Below, one piece after another: positions 1 through 8,398 of a stretch of DNA of 64,000 nucleotides; position 1 is the first letter of the stretch; each line of letters starts with the position of its first letter. The notes under the pieces were generated by a model that saw only the letters and a list, made by a program, of their open reading frames with translations, made no database searches and had not been told where the DNA came from. The stretch spans positions 10,459 to 74,458 of the forward strand of contig JAIKWY010000094.1 in assembly GCA_024684395.1 (NCBI GenBank), read 5' to 3'. Source of the DNA: Oscillospiraceae bacterium. Lineage in GTDB: Bacteria; Bacillota; Clostridia; Oscillospirales; Ruminococcaceae. The position numbers were made by a program, and so were the translations under genes.

Positions 1-792
1 TGCAGCGTGTACAGCACATTGCCGTCCGCATCGCAGGCTGTGCCTGTGACCGTCTCGTCCACGATCGTTCTGTAGCGATGCTCCAGATAGATCTGGCAGA
101 TCGGATCCGCGTCCTGCGCCAACTGGAAGGAATACGTATCATCGCCGCAGGTGAGCGTGATCTCCTGCACGGCCGGGTCGGTGGCATAGTAATAATAGCA
201 GTCGTAAAAGGAGAACCGCAGCGGATGCGTCACGGCATACACGCCCTTTTCGGCCGGGATCTCAATGTCGCCGACGATGCCGCCGAGGAACCAGCAGATG
301 CCTGCCCGGAACGTGTAGGTGCTCAGAAGCCGTTCTTTGTTCGTCTCTGGGTCCGTGTAGTGCGCGATGCAGATCCTCTCGGTATTGTCAGCGGGGAAAA
401 AGGTATCAATGATCTCCACGTTGCCTGTGAACCGGTTCTTTTTCAGGCCGGTCCTTGCCGCTTCGTGCGCCGTGAAACGACCGCCGGCGATCACGAACGT
501 GTTCACTGCCATGATGCCGACCAGCACGATCACGGTCGTCAGCACAGCGACCGCCAGGAGACGGATGTGCTTGCGTTTCACGCGCTTGGCGGTCTTGGCA
601 TATTGCTTTGTCTCCTCGGGGACTTCCGTCTCCGGGAAGGGGACGCTGCCATCCTTGTAGCTCTCCCATTCTGCGGCGCAGTCCTTGCATTCGGCAAGAT
701 GCGCCTGCATCGTCCTTTCGCTTGCCTCCGAAGCCATGCCCTCCGCACACAGCGGCATCAGGTCACGGATCACATCACATTCATATTTCATA
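1..792 (-). CDS. anti-sigma factor, zf-HC2 type (start in window, ORF runs off the left edge)
   Basis: My own minus-strand translation from the ATG at 792 gives MKYECDVIRDLMPLCAEGMASEASERTMQAHLAECKDCAAEW. This carries the H-x3-C-x2-C motif, followed by the TM stretch IRLLAVAVLTTVIVLVGIMAV. The frame stays open to position 1. The start overlaps the stop of the upstream ECF sigma gene by 12 nt. It is absent from the ORF track because it has no stop in the window. Confidence 0.8.
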
Positions 793-1287
793 GCCATACT
801 CCTCTCGTAAGATCTTCCGCAGCTTCTGTCTGGCACGGCTGCACATGACAGCCGCCGTCTCCGGACGGACGCCCGTGAGCCCTGCGATCTCCGCATAGCT
901 CAGCCCGCAGCCGAGCCTGTATTCCGCCACCGTCCGCATCGGCTCGCCGAGCGTTTCCAGTGCCGCCCGGATCGCCCGGAACTGTTCCCGCTGCTCGGCT
1001 TCCTCCGTCACGGAAGCAGTCTTCTCCGGCAGCATTGTCTGCTGCTCGGCAATGCGCCGCTGGCGGGATTCCCTGCGGATGTATTTGCCATAGACATTCT
1101 TGGCGATCTGACAGAGCCACGTTCTGACAGTACACTCCCCCCGGAACCTTCCGAAGGACAGGAATGCCTGATAGAAGCACTCCTGTGTCAATTCCTCAGC
1201 AGCAAGCGCATCGCCGCCGCTCAGACAGAGCAAAAACCGGTAAATATCCGGCTGGTATGTTTCATAAAGCTCCGCAAAGGGATCCAT
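781..1287 (-). CDS. RNA polymerase sigma factor, ECF/sigma-70 family
   Basis: 168 aa. Region 2 (FYQAFLSFGRFRGECTVRTWLCQIAKN) and region 4 HTH (YRLGCGLSYAEIAGLTGVRPETAAVMCSRARQKL) are recognisable. It is coupled to a zf-HC2 anti-sigma gene. Confidence 0.9.
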   Translation of the reverse strand: MDPFAELYETYQPDIYRFLLCLSGGDALAAEELTQECFYQAFLSFGRFRGECTVRTWLCQIAKNVYGKYIRRESRQRRIAEQQTMLPEKTASVTEEAEQREQFRAIRAALETLGEPMRTVAEYRLGCGLSYAEIAGLTGVRPETAAVMCSRARQKLRKILREEYGYEI

Positions 1288-1453
1288 GCGCTCCCTCCTT
1301 TCCTCATAGCGTGTACACTGATCGAACGTTCTGTCTATTAGTACCCGCAGCGGGAGAAATATAACAGCTATTTCAAAAAAATTTTAGGATATGATCCGCA
1401 GATACTGCAAAGCCGTGCAGACCGCAAAGATCCGCACGGCTTTGTAGCTTTTG

Positions 1454-2059
1454 TTATGCCCTGGAGACCGGACGGCGGATATTCTGATACAGCAGCCCGC
1501 ACTCCGTGCAGTACCACACCAGCCGCCCCGAACGGTACAGCGGCAGATGCACCTGCACCTGCCATTCCGGATACTGCTTGAACAGCATCACGCAGCTGTC
1601 AGTCTGGTAGGCGACAAAGGAGATATAGTGCTCCTTCGTCATGGGATGCTCCGCCGTGACATACCACTCGCCGCCGAGATCCTCGAGCGTGAGCTGTTCG
1701 CTCTCCTCCGCCTTTCTCGGCTCCATTGCCGTGAGCCGGTTCCCGCAGCAGGTCACAGCCGCTTCGGAGGTCGATGTGACGATGTTCCCGCATGTCTTGC
1801 ATACATAAAATTTCAGTTTTTTCATATTTCCCTTCTCACTTTCGTTCCTGTCGATCTCGCCCGAAAGCAGCACCTGCACATCCGTCCCGAATACCTCTGC
1901 CAATGCCAGCAGCAGCGAGACATCCGGGCAGCCTGCGCCGCATTCCCATTTGGAGACCGCCTTGTCGCTGATATGGATGCGCTCGGCAAGCTCCTTCTGC
2001 GTGAGCCCGAGCTCCGTTCTGAACCGCCGGATGAGCTCGCCTGTCCTGACCTGATCCAT
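1454..2059 (-). CDS. XRE-family HTH regulator fused to a desulfoferrodoxin-like (desulforedoxin + degenerate SOR) module
   Basis: N-terminal HTH: LGLTQKELAERIHISDKAVSKWECG. Next comes FYVCKTCGNIV...VTCCGNRL, the CxxC...CC pattern of desulforedoxin. The C-terminus has EHPMTKEHYISFV and YCTECGLL. Confidence 0.75.
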   Translation of the reverse strand: MDQVRTGELIRRFRTELGLTQKELAERIHISDKAVSKWECGAGCPDVSLLLALAEVFGTDVQVLLSGEIDRNESEKGNMKKLKFYVCKTCGNIVTSTSEAAVTCCGNRLTAMEPRKAEESEQLTLEDLGGEWYVTAEHPMTKEHYISFVAYQTDSCVMLFKQYPEWQVQVHLPLYRSGRLVWYCTECGLLYQNIRRPVSRA

Positions 2060-2169
2060 ACTATCACCTCTGTGTTGTTCCTCCCGATCCGCCGATCAGG
2101 AGCACTCTGTTGCTACGGGAGACCGGTACCGTTCCCATAGCTTTATTATACACGAAAGCGGTTCCGTCG

Positions 2170-2985
2170 TCAATCCACGCTGCGTAGAGTCAGGAAGTCA
2201 TACACATCCCGGTAGAAGCCCTTCTCCTCTTCATACGGTGCATGACCGCATTCCGGATAGATATGCAGGCTGCTCTGCGGGATGAGCCGGTGCAGCTCGC
2301 CGGCTGCTTCCACGCCGACAGTCTGATCCTTCGCCCCGCCGAGGATGAGCGTGGGACAAGTGATCCTGTGCAGCTTTTCCCGTGCATCAAAGCCGAGGAT
2401 CGCCCTGGCATTGACGAGGAAGCGGCTGTAGTCCGCAGGCTTCCCGATGCCCAGTGTCGGATACAGCAGCCGGTAAAACCGCAGATAGCGCTCCGTATAG
2501 GTATGCTCCGCCGTGTCCGCCATCAGCGCCTTGTGGTCGCCCGCCTCCGCCATGCGGATCCAGTTTTCGACACATGTCCGCACAGTTGCATTGGCATAGG
2601 GCGCCGTCACGGCAAGCACGAGCCGCCGCATCATCTCCGGATGCGCCGCCGCCAACGCCTGCGCCACCATGCCGCCCTGCGACACGCCGAGCACACACGC
2701 CCGCCCGATGCCGAGCGCCCGCATCGCCCTCGCCTGATCCTCCGCCATATCTTCTATGGTAAAGCCCTCCGGCAGCGAATCCCGCCGGCTGAACATCAGG
2801 ACAGTAAAGTTGTCCCAGTATTTCCGGTACGCCGGCGCCAGCAGCAGCGCCTTGCCCTCGACCGTCGTCAGCCCGTCCGACAGCCCGGGCAGAACGATCA
2901 GATACCGCCGCCCGCTGCCGCATTTCATATATTGCATCGTCACGCCGTCAAACGTGACAGAGCCGTTTTCCGCATTTCCAAACAT
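2170..2985 (-). CDS. alpha/beta-fold hydrolase
   Basis: The nucleophile elbow GVSQGG and the C-terminal ECGHAPY-type motif are present. I trimmed the start to MFGNAENG at 2985 (SD GAAAGG upstream) because the longer ORF-track start overlaps the neighbouring gene. Confidence 0.8.
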   Translation of the reverse strand: MFGNAENGSVTFDGVTMQYMKCGSGRRYLIVLPGLSDGLTTVEGKALLLAPAYRKYWDNFTVLMFSRRDSLPEGFTIEDMAEDQARAMRALGIGRACVLGVSQGGMVAQALAAAHPEMMRRLVLAVTAPYANATVRTCVENWIRMAEAGDHKALMADTAEHTYTERYLRFYRLLYPTLGIGKPADYSRFLVNARAILGFDAREKLHRITCPTLILGGAKDQTVGVEAAGELHRLIPQSSLHIYPECGHAPYEEEKGFYRDVYDFLTLRSVD

Positions 2986-3103
2986 GAGATGCCCGCCTTT
3001 CTTTGGTTTGGTATATGCTATTATTATACAGGATATTGCTGTAAAAAGCAAGAGGGTGCAAAACCGCCGCACACCCCGTGAGACCGGCGGTGTGCGGCGG
3101 TTT

Positions 3104-3553
3104 TTATTCGGCATTGCGGGCATCGAACTGCTTGTTGACATTCTTCACGGCATTGTCCAGCTGCCGGACGAGCTCACGCCCTTCCTCTGCGATGAGCCGG
3201 AGCTCGGGTGCATCGCTCTGGTTCTTCATGAGCACATGCACGAGCTTGTTCCGCTTCACTCGCCATGCATCCATCGCATCGAGCAGCTCCAGTGTCAGGC
3301 GCTTGCGGATCTTTGGTTCCGTAAACGGCTTGCTGCTGCGGATCCTGTTGATCTTCTGCGCAAGTGTCAGCGGGTTGCCATTTTTGTTGACAAGCGGGAT
3401 GCTGCCCTCGTGCCGGAGAACGGATTCCGTCCTGTCCTCCATGATGGCGTATTCGAGGAAGATCGCTTCAAAGCAGAATCCACTGTTCATCGCCTTTTTG
3501 AGCTGATTTTTCCGCTCAGCATAGGCGGCTTGTTTCTGTTTGTTGGGTTCCAT
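3104..3553 (-). CDS. hypothetical small protein with an R-x4-H (HEPN-like) motif
   Basis: Start trimmed to MEPNKQKQ at 3553, behind AGGAGGAAACCT. The protein is predicted all-helical by eye. The motif WRVKRNKLVHVL matches R-N-x3-H. Confidence 0.55.
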   Translation of the reverse strand: MEPNKQKQAAYAERKNQLKKAMNSGFCFEAIFLEYAIMEDRTESVLRHEGSIPLVNKNGNPLTLAQKINRIRSSKPFTEPKIRKRLTLELLDAMDAWRVKRNKLVHVLMKNQSDAPELRLIAEEGRELVRQLDNAVKNVNKQFDARNAE

Positions 3554-3757
3554 AGGTTTCCTCCTTATGCTTATGATGTGATCGTGATCCGGGATCAGAT
3601 CACGGTAATAGTATACCACATTCGAGAGAGTTTGTAAATAGATTTTGTGGAATATTTTCAGTTGTGCAAAGCGGAGGCTTCCTCTCTCTTCCATGTTGCA
3701 TTTCTCCGCTATATGTGTTATAATAAGAAGAAGACTACGTGATGGGAGGACGATTCC

Positions 3758-6304
3758 ATGCATTTACTTGTCATCGACGGCAACAGCATCATCAACCGTG
3801 CGTTCTACGGCGTGCGGGCGCTTGCCAATCATAAGGGCGTGTTCACGAATGCGCTGTTCGGATTTTTCCAGATGTACCTCAAGGAGATCGAGACCGTCAA
3901 GCCCGATGCCGTGGCTGTGGCATTCGACCTGAAAAGCCCGACATTCCGCCACAAAGCGGATGCGGCCTACAAGGCGAACCGCAAGGGTATGCCCGAGGAG
4001 CTCGCCATGCAGATGCCCTATCTCAAGCAGATCCTCACGGCGATGGGCATTCCGGTGCTCTCGGCGGAGGGCTTCGAGGCGGACGACATCCTCGGCACCC
4101 TCGCCCATGCCTGTGATGCGCAGGGGGCACAGTGCAGCGTCATGACCGGCGACCGTGACAGCCTCCAGCTCATCACGGAGCGTGTCACCGTGCGCCTTGT
4201 CAAGACCAAGGAGACCATCCCCTACACGCCGGAGCGCTTCACCGAGGAATACGGCTTTGCGCCCATCCACATCATCGACCTGAAAGCCCTCATGGGCGAC
4301 AGCTCCGACAACATCCCCGGCATCAAGGGCATCGGTGAAAAGACCGCTATGGCGCTCATCCAGGCATGGAACAGCATCGAGGCGATGTATGAGCATATCG
4401 ACGAGGTACAGGCAACGCCCCGCATCCGCCAGAAGCTCATCGACGGCAGACCCGATGCCGAGCACAGCAAGTGGCTGGCGACCATCGTCACGAATGCGCC
4501 CGTTTCCACTGTGATCGAGGATTACCGCACCGCCTCGCAGGACACCGACACCCTGCGCCGCCTGCTGACCGAGCTCGAGCTGTACAAGCTGCTTGACCGG
4601 CTGGGGCTCGCACCTTTGGGCGGCGGCGGGGAGCCCACGCTTTTCGATGAAGATGCTGCGCAGGAAGCACCCGCTGCGGCTCCCGAGCTGACCGAAACGG
4701 CATGGAATCTCCCCGCCGATGACGATACCTGTGCTTATCAGCTGCAAAACGGCACACTGACCGTCCTCAACGGGACGAACGTCATGCAGACGGCGGAGGA
4801 GAGCGACATTCTCGCTTTTTTAAACAGCCCTTGCAGGAAGCTCACCGACGATGCCAAGCCGCATTACCGCTATGCCCTTGCACATGGCTCGGCGCTCCGG
4901 GGGATCGCCTTTGATGCGGCGATCTGCGGCTATCTGCTCAACCCCTCTGCGACCGACTACAGCACTGCGGCAGTCTGTGCCGTGCTGAACGTCCGCCGCT
5001 TTGACGAGCTGGGCAGCTATGCGGATCTTTGTGCTTTGCAGGCTATGTATGAAAAAGGCATCGCCCGTCTTGAAGATGAGGGAATGCTCCCGCTCTGGCG
5101 TGACATCGAGCTCCCGCTGACGGATGTCCTGGCTTCGATGGAGCACACGGGCGTGCTGGTCGATCAGGACGGCATCCGCAGCTTCGGCGAACAGCTCACG
5201 ACCCGCATTGAGGAGCTCGCCGCCGGGATCTACGAAGCCGCCGGGGAGGAGTTCAACATCAGCTCCCCGAAACAGCTCGGTGTGATCCTCTTTGAAAAGC
5301 TCGGTCTTCCGGCGAAGAAGAAGACCAAGAGCGGCTGGTCTACCAATGCCGAGGTGCTCGAAGAGCTGAGCTGGCAGCATCCGATCGTGGCGAAGGTCCT
5401 CGAATACCGCCAGTATACCAAGCTCCGCTCGACCTATGTGGACGGTCTGCTCTCTGCCGTGGCAGAGGACGGCCGCATCCACACGAACTACCGCCAGACC
5501 GAGACCCGCACCGGACGTCTGTCCTCGACAGAGCCGAATCTCCAGAACATCCCCGTCCGCACCGAACTCGGGCGGCAGATGCGGAAGTTCTTCAAGGCAG
5601 CTCCGGGATGTATCCTGCTCGATGCCGACTACAGCCAGATCGAGCTGCGGCTGATGGCGCACCTCTCCGGGGATGCGGCGATGCAGGAGGCATTTATCTC
5701 CGGCGTCGACATCCACACGGCGACCGCTGCCAAGGTCTTCGGCTGTGAGCCGGAGGAGGTCACGCCCGAGATGCGCAGCGCCTCGAAGGCGGTCAATTTC
5801 GGCATCCTCTACGGCATGGGGGCGTTCTCGCTGTCGAAGGACATCCACGTATCCGTGCCGATGGCAAAGCAGTATATCGCCGACTATCTCGGCTCCTTCC
5901 CGAAGGTCTCCACATTCCTTGACAGCACGGTGGAAAATGCCGCTAAGGACGGTTATGTCTGCACGATGCTCGGACGCCGCCGCTATGTGCCGGAGCTGCA
6001 AGCCAGGAACAAGATGGTACAGGCAGCCGGCAAGCGCATTGCGATGAACACGCCCGTACAGGGCACCGCCGCCGACCTCATCAAGCTGGCGATGGTGCAT
6101 GTTCATGAGCGTCTGGCGCAGGAGGTGCCGTCTGCGAAGCTCATCATGCAGGTGCATGACGAACTGATCGTGGAGGTGCCGTCTGCCGATGCCGATGCCG
6201 CCGCTAAAGTCCTGCACGAGGAAATGCTCCACGCAGCCGAGCTCTCCGTGCCCCTGACAGCGGATGTCAACAGAGGAGAAACGTGGTATGACGCAAAGGG
6301 GTAA
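3758..6304 (+). CDS. polA: DNA polymerase I
   Basis: 848 aa. The 5' nuclease region contains GDSSDNIPGIKGIGEKTA. Polymerase motifs A (LLDADYSQIELRLMAHLSGD), B (RSASKAVNFGILYG) and C (QVHDELIVE) are present. Confidence 0.97.
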   Translation: MHLLVIDGNSIINRAFYGVRALANHKGVFTNALFGFFQMYLKEIETVKPDAVAVAFDLKSPTFRHKADAAYKANRKGMPEELAMQMPYLKQILTAMGIPVLSAEGFEADDILGTLAHACDAQGAQCSVMTGDRDSLQLITERVTVRLVKTKETIPYTPERFTEEYGFAPIHIIDLKALMGDSSDNIPGIKGIGEKTAMALIQAWNSIEAMYEHIDEVQATPRIRQKLIDGRPDAEHSKWLATIVTNAPVSTVIEDYRTASQDTDTLRRLLTELELYKLLDRLGLAPLGGGGEPTLFDEDAAQEAPAAAPELTETAWNLPADDDTCAYQLQNGTLTVLNGTNVMQTAEESDILAFLNSPCRKLTDDAKPHYRYALAHGSALRGIAFDAAICGYLLNPSATDYSTAAVCAVLNVRRFDELGSYADLCALQAMYEKGIARLEDEGMLPLWRDIELPLTDVLASMEHTGVLVDQDGIRSFGEQLTTRIEELAAGIYEAAGEEFNISSPKQLGVILFEKLGLPAKKKTKSGWSTNAEVLEELSWQHPIVAKVLEYRQYTKLRSTYVDGLLSAVAEDGRIHTNYRQTETRTGRLSSTEPNLQNIPVRTELGRQMRKFFKAAPGCILLDADYSQIELRLMAHLSGDAAMQEAFISGVDIHTATAAKVFGCEPEEVTPEMRSASKAVNFGILYGMGAFSLSKDIHVSVPMAKQYIADYLGSFPKVSTFLDSTVENAAKDGYVCTMLGRRRYVPELQARNKMVQAAGKRIAMNTPVQGTAADLIKLAMVHVHERLAQEVPSAKLIMQVHDELIVEVPSADADAAAKVLHEEMLHAAELSVPLTADVNRGETWYDAKG

Positions 6305-6395
6305 GCGGAGAGCCGCCCTTAACCCCTATGCAAAGAAGCTCCCTGTGGCTTAGCTGACGCAGTTTTTTGTAACCCACAAAACAGGAGGGATCCCA

Positions 6396-6851
6396 TTGCA
6401 GATCCAGAAATTGACCGCCGAGGATACCGCACTCTTCGAACAGATCACAGCCATCGAGCAGCAGAGCTTCACCGATCCGTGGAACCTGCAAAACTTCGTC
6501 GATGCTGCCAACAACGCCTGCACCACGATCTGGGCAGCGGTGGAAAACGAACAGGTGCAGGGCTATCTGGTATGCTTCTGTGCGGCGGGAGAAGCGGAGA
6601 TCGCCAACATCGCCGCAGCACCGGACTGCCGCAGAAAGGGCATCGGTGCGCTGCTCCTGCAAACGGCGCTCGATGCACACCCGGAAGCGGACTTCTATCT
6701 CGAAGTACGTGTCAGGAATTTCCCCGCCCGGAAACTCTATGAGAAATTCGGCTTTCAGGATCTCGGCATCCGACCGGATTATTACGAGAATCCCCGCGAG
6801 AATGCGGTAATCATGAAGCGGGGAGCCCCCGCTGGCAGTTTGAACTTATGA
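6396..6851 (+). CDS. rimI: ribosomal-protein-alanine N-acetyltransferase (GNAT)
   Basis: TTG start behind AGGAGGGA. GNAT motif A is IAAAPDCRRKGIGALLL. The last about 10 codons (KRGAPAGSLNL) are encoded by an intergenic repeat. Confidence 0.85.
   Translation: MQIQKLTAEDTALFEQITAIEQQSFTDPWNLQNFVDAANNACTTIWAAVENEQVQGYLVCFCAAGEAEIANIAAAPDCRRKGIGALLLQTALDAHPEADFYLEVRVRNFPARKLYEKFGFQDLGIRPDYYENPRENAVIMKRGAPAGSLNL
6818..6838 (+). repeat. 21-mer hairpin repeat, family C (left arm of inverted pair)
   Basis: GCGGGGAGCCCCCGCTGGCAG. It is identical at 59654-59674, and its exact reverse complement is at 8330-8350. Confidence 0.9.
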
Positions 6852-6946
6852 GGACAGGCATCTATACCGGAGTCGTACAAGTCCAATGCTTCGCAAAGGG
6901 CTTGTGCTGGCGTAGTGCAGGGTCCGCCGCCGTTCGGCGGCTTTAG

Positions 6947-7056
6947 GGAAGTACTGATTGATTCATAAATCAGTACAGGGCGTGTGGGGCGCAGCCCCAC
7001 AAATAGCCCTTTTACTATCCTCGAAGTACTGTATTGCCAATTTATTCAGTGCTTCC
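6947..7056 (+). repeat. 110-nt MITE-like element, family B copy 1
   Basis: Imperfect terminal inverted repeats: GGAAGTACTG ... CAGTGCTTCC. Internal hairpins: GTACTGAT..ATCAGTAC and GTGGGGC-GCA-GCCCCAC. It aligns along its length with 28594-28703. Confidence 0.8.
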
Positions 7057-7080
7057 TTAGGTTTTATCATGAGGTGTCAT

Positions 7081-7770
7081 ATGAAGATCGTCATCATCCA
7101 CGGTCAGAGCCACGAGGGCTCGACCTGTCATATTGCCAGAATGCTGGCAGAAAAGCTGCAAGGCGAGGTGCAGGAGTTCTTCCTCCCGAAGGATTTCGGC
7201 GAATTCTGCCGGGGCTGTACGGCATGTATCGTCAAGGATGCCTCCTGCTGCCCGCATCATGCAAAGCTCCGCCCGCTGACCGAAGCCGTTGATGCGGCGG
7301 ATGTCATCATCATGGCGAGCCCGGTCTATGTCTACCATGCGACCGGCGCCATGAAGGCGTTTCTCGACCACTACGGCTACCGCTGGATGGTACACCGCCC
7401 CGATGCCCGGATGTTCCGGAAGCAGGCGGTCTGCATCTCCACCGCCGCCGGCGCCGGGATGAAGAGCACCAACAAGGACATGGCGGACAGCGCCTTTTTC
7501 TGGGGCTGTGCGAAGACCTACAAGCTCGGCTTTGCGGTACAGGCGACCTCATGGGACGGCATCTCGCCGAAGATCATGGCATCCATCGAAAAGAAGACCG
7601 ATGCCCTCGCCCGCCAGATCAAAAGCCGCTGCGGCAAAGTCAAGCCCGGTCTGAAAACGAAGGCGTTTTTCATGCTCATGCGCATGATCCAGAAAAACGG
7701 CTGGAACGAAGCCGACAAGCAGTACTGGTACGATCAGGGGTGGATGGAGAAGAAACGCCCGTGGAAGTGA
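7081..7770 (+). CDS. flavodoxin-like fold NAD(P)H-dependent oxidoreductase / iron-sulfur flavoprotein-like
   Basis: Start trimmed to MKIVIIHGQSHEGST behind GAGGTG. The motifs DVIIMASPVYVYHATGAMKAFLD and FCRGCTAC are present. Confidence 0.75.
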   Translation: MKIVIIHGQSHEGSTCHIARMLAEKLQGEVQEFFLPKDFGEFCRGCTACIVKDASCCPHHAKLRPLTEAVDAADVIIMASPVYVYHATGAMKAFLDHYGYRWMVHRPDARMFRKQAVCISTAAGAGMKSTNKDMADSAFFWGCAKTYKLGFAVQATSWDGISPKIMASIEKKTDALARQIKSRCGKVKPGLKTKAFFMLMRMIQKNGWNEADKQYWYDQGWMEKKRPWK

Positions 7771-7850
7771 GAAGCCGTTGTGTATGAAAAAGTGCGGGTT
7801 CTTTTCTACTTTTCTATGATAAATCGGAATTTACGAAAGAAGGTTGTAAT

Positions 7851-8267
7851 ATGGGACTGTTTACCAAAAAGAAAAGCATTGATGATTATGCCGAAGAAGG
7901 AAACAAGTTGTTTGATGAAGGAGAATATTCTCAGGCTATACATAAATGGCTCGAAGGATTGGAGTCTCTGAATAAACCGCTCAATGCTCAAGGTGAAGCA
8001 GTGTGGTTTCAAACATCTATTGCAGATGCTTGGTTCATGTTGGGAGCGTATGATAAAGCATATTCGTATTTGTGGGAAGCAAAATCAAATGTTTCGGGTG
8101 AAGGTTATACGAATCCTTTTGTAATGCTTCGCTTGGGACAGTGTTCACATGAATTAGGAAAAGATGATGCGGTGGAATATCTTATGCGTGCTTATATGCT
8201 TGCAGGAGAAGATATTTTTGAAAGTGATGATGAAAAGTATTTTAATTTGATTAAGCACCTCATATGA
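7851..8267 (+). CDS. hypothetical TPR-like protein in a low-GC islet
   Basis: 138 aa. Helical-repeat signature: EGEYSQAIHKWLEGL, AYDKAYSYLWEA. The composition is strikingly AT-rich relative to the flanks. Confidence 0.65.
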   Translation: MGLFTKKKSIDDYAEEGNKLFDEGEYSQAIHKWLEGLESLNKPLNAQGEAVWFQTSIADAWFMLGAYDKAYSYLWEAKSNVSGEGYTNPFVMLRLGQCSHELGKDDAVEYLMRAYMLAGEDIFESDDEKYFNLIKHLI

Positions 8268-8329
8268 CAAATTCTGATTTATCATAGAACCTTATTCGAC
8301 CTTTGCGCCGCTGGCGCATTGGAAGAATC

Positions 8330-8350
8330 CTGCCAGCGGGGGCTCCCCGC
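8330..8350 (-). repeat. 21-mer hairpin repeat, family C (right arm of inverted pair)
   Basis: CTGCCAGCGGGGGCTCCCCGC, the exact reverse complement of 6818-6838. Confidence 0.9.
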
Positions 8351-8398
8351 AAATACTGATTGATCTTAGAACTATTTTAATTCTAAAAGGAGAACATC

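Noticed and set aside
78-848. 256-aa plus-strand ORF at the left edge.
   Set aside because: It lies antisense to a much better supported zf-HC2 anti-sigma gene that is coupled to the ECF sigma gene. Its sequence is Arg/Gly/His-rich low-complexity, typical of shadow ORFs in GC-rich DNA.
2986-3141. N-terminal 52-codon extension of the hydrolase ORF. There are similar upstream extensions in the ORF-track calls at 3554..3763, 6958..7080, 9490..9651, 12773..12853, 14802..14888, 16651..16872, 16982..17122, 22749..22928, 47367..47564 and 54421..54513.
   Set aside because: The extensions overlap neighbouring genes, terminators or promoters and lack an SD. Internal ATG codons with good SD sequences coincide with the conserved protein N-termini.
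3764-6232. Long minus-strand ORFs (327 aa and 470 aa) inside polA.
   Set aside because: They lie antisense to an unambiguous DNA polymerase I reading frame. They have no SD, and their Arg/Gly/Leu-rich composition marks them as GC-driven shadow ORFs.
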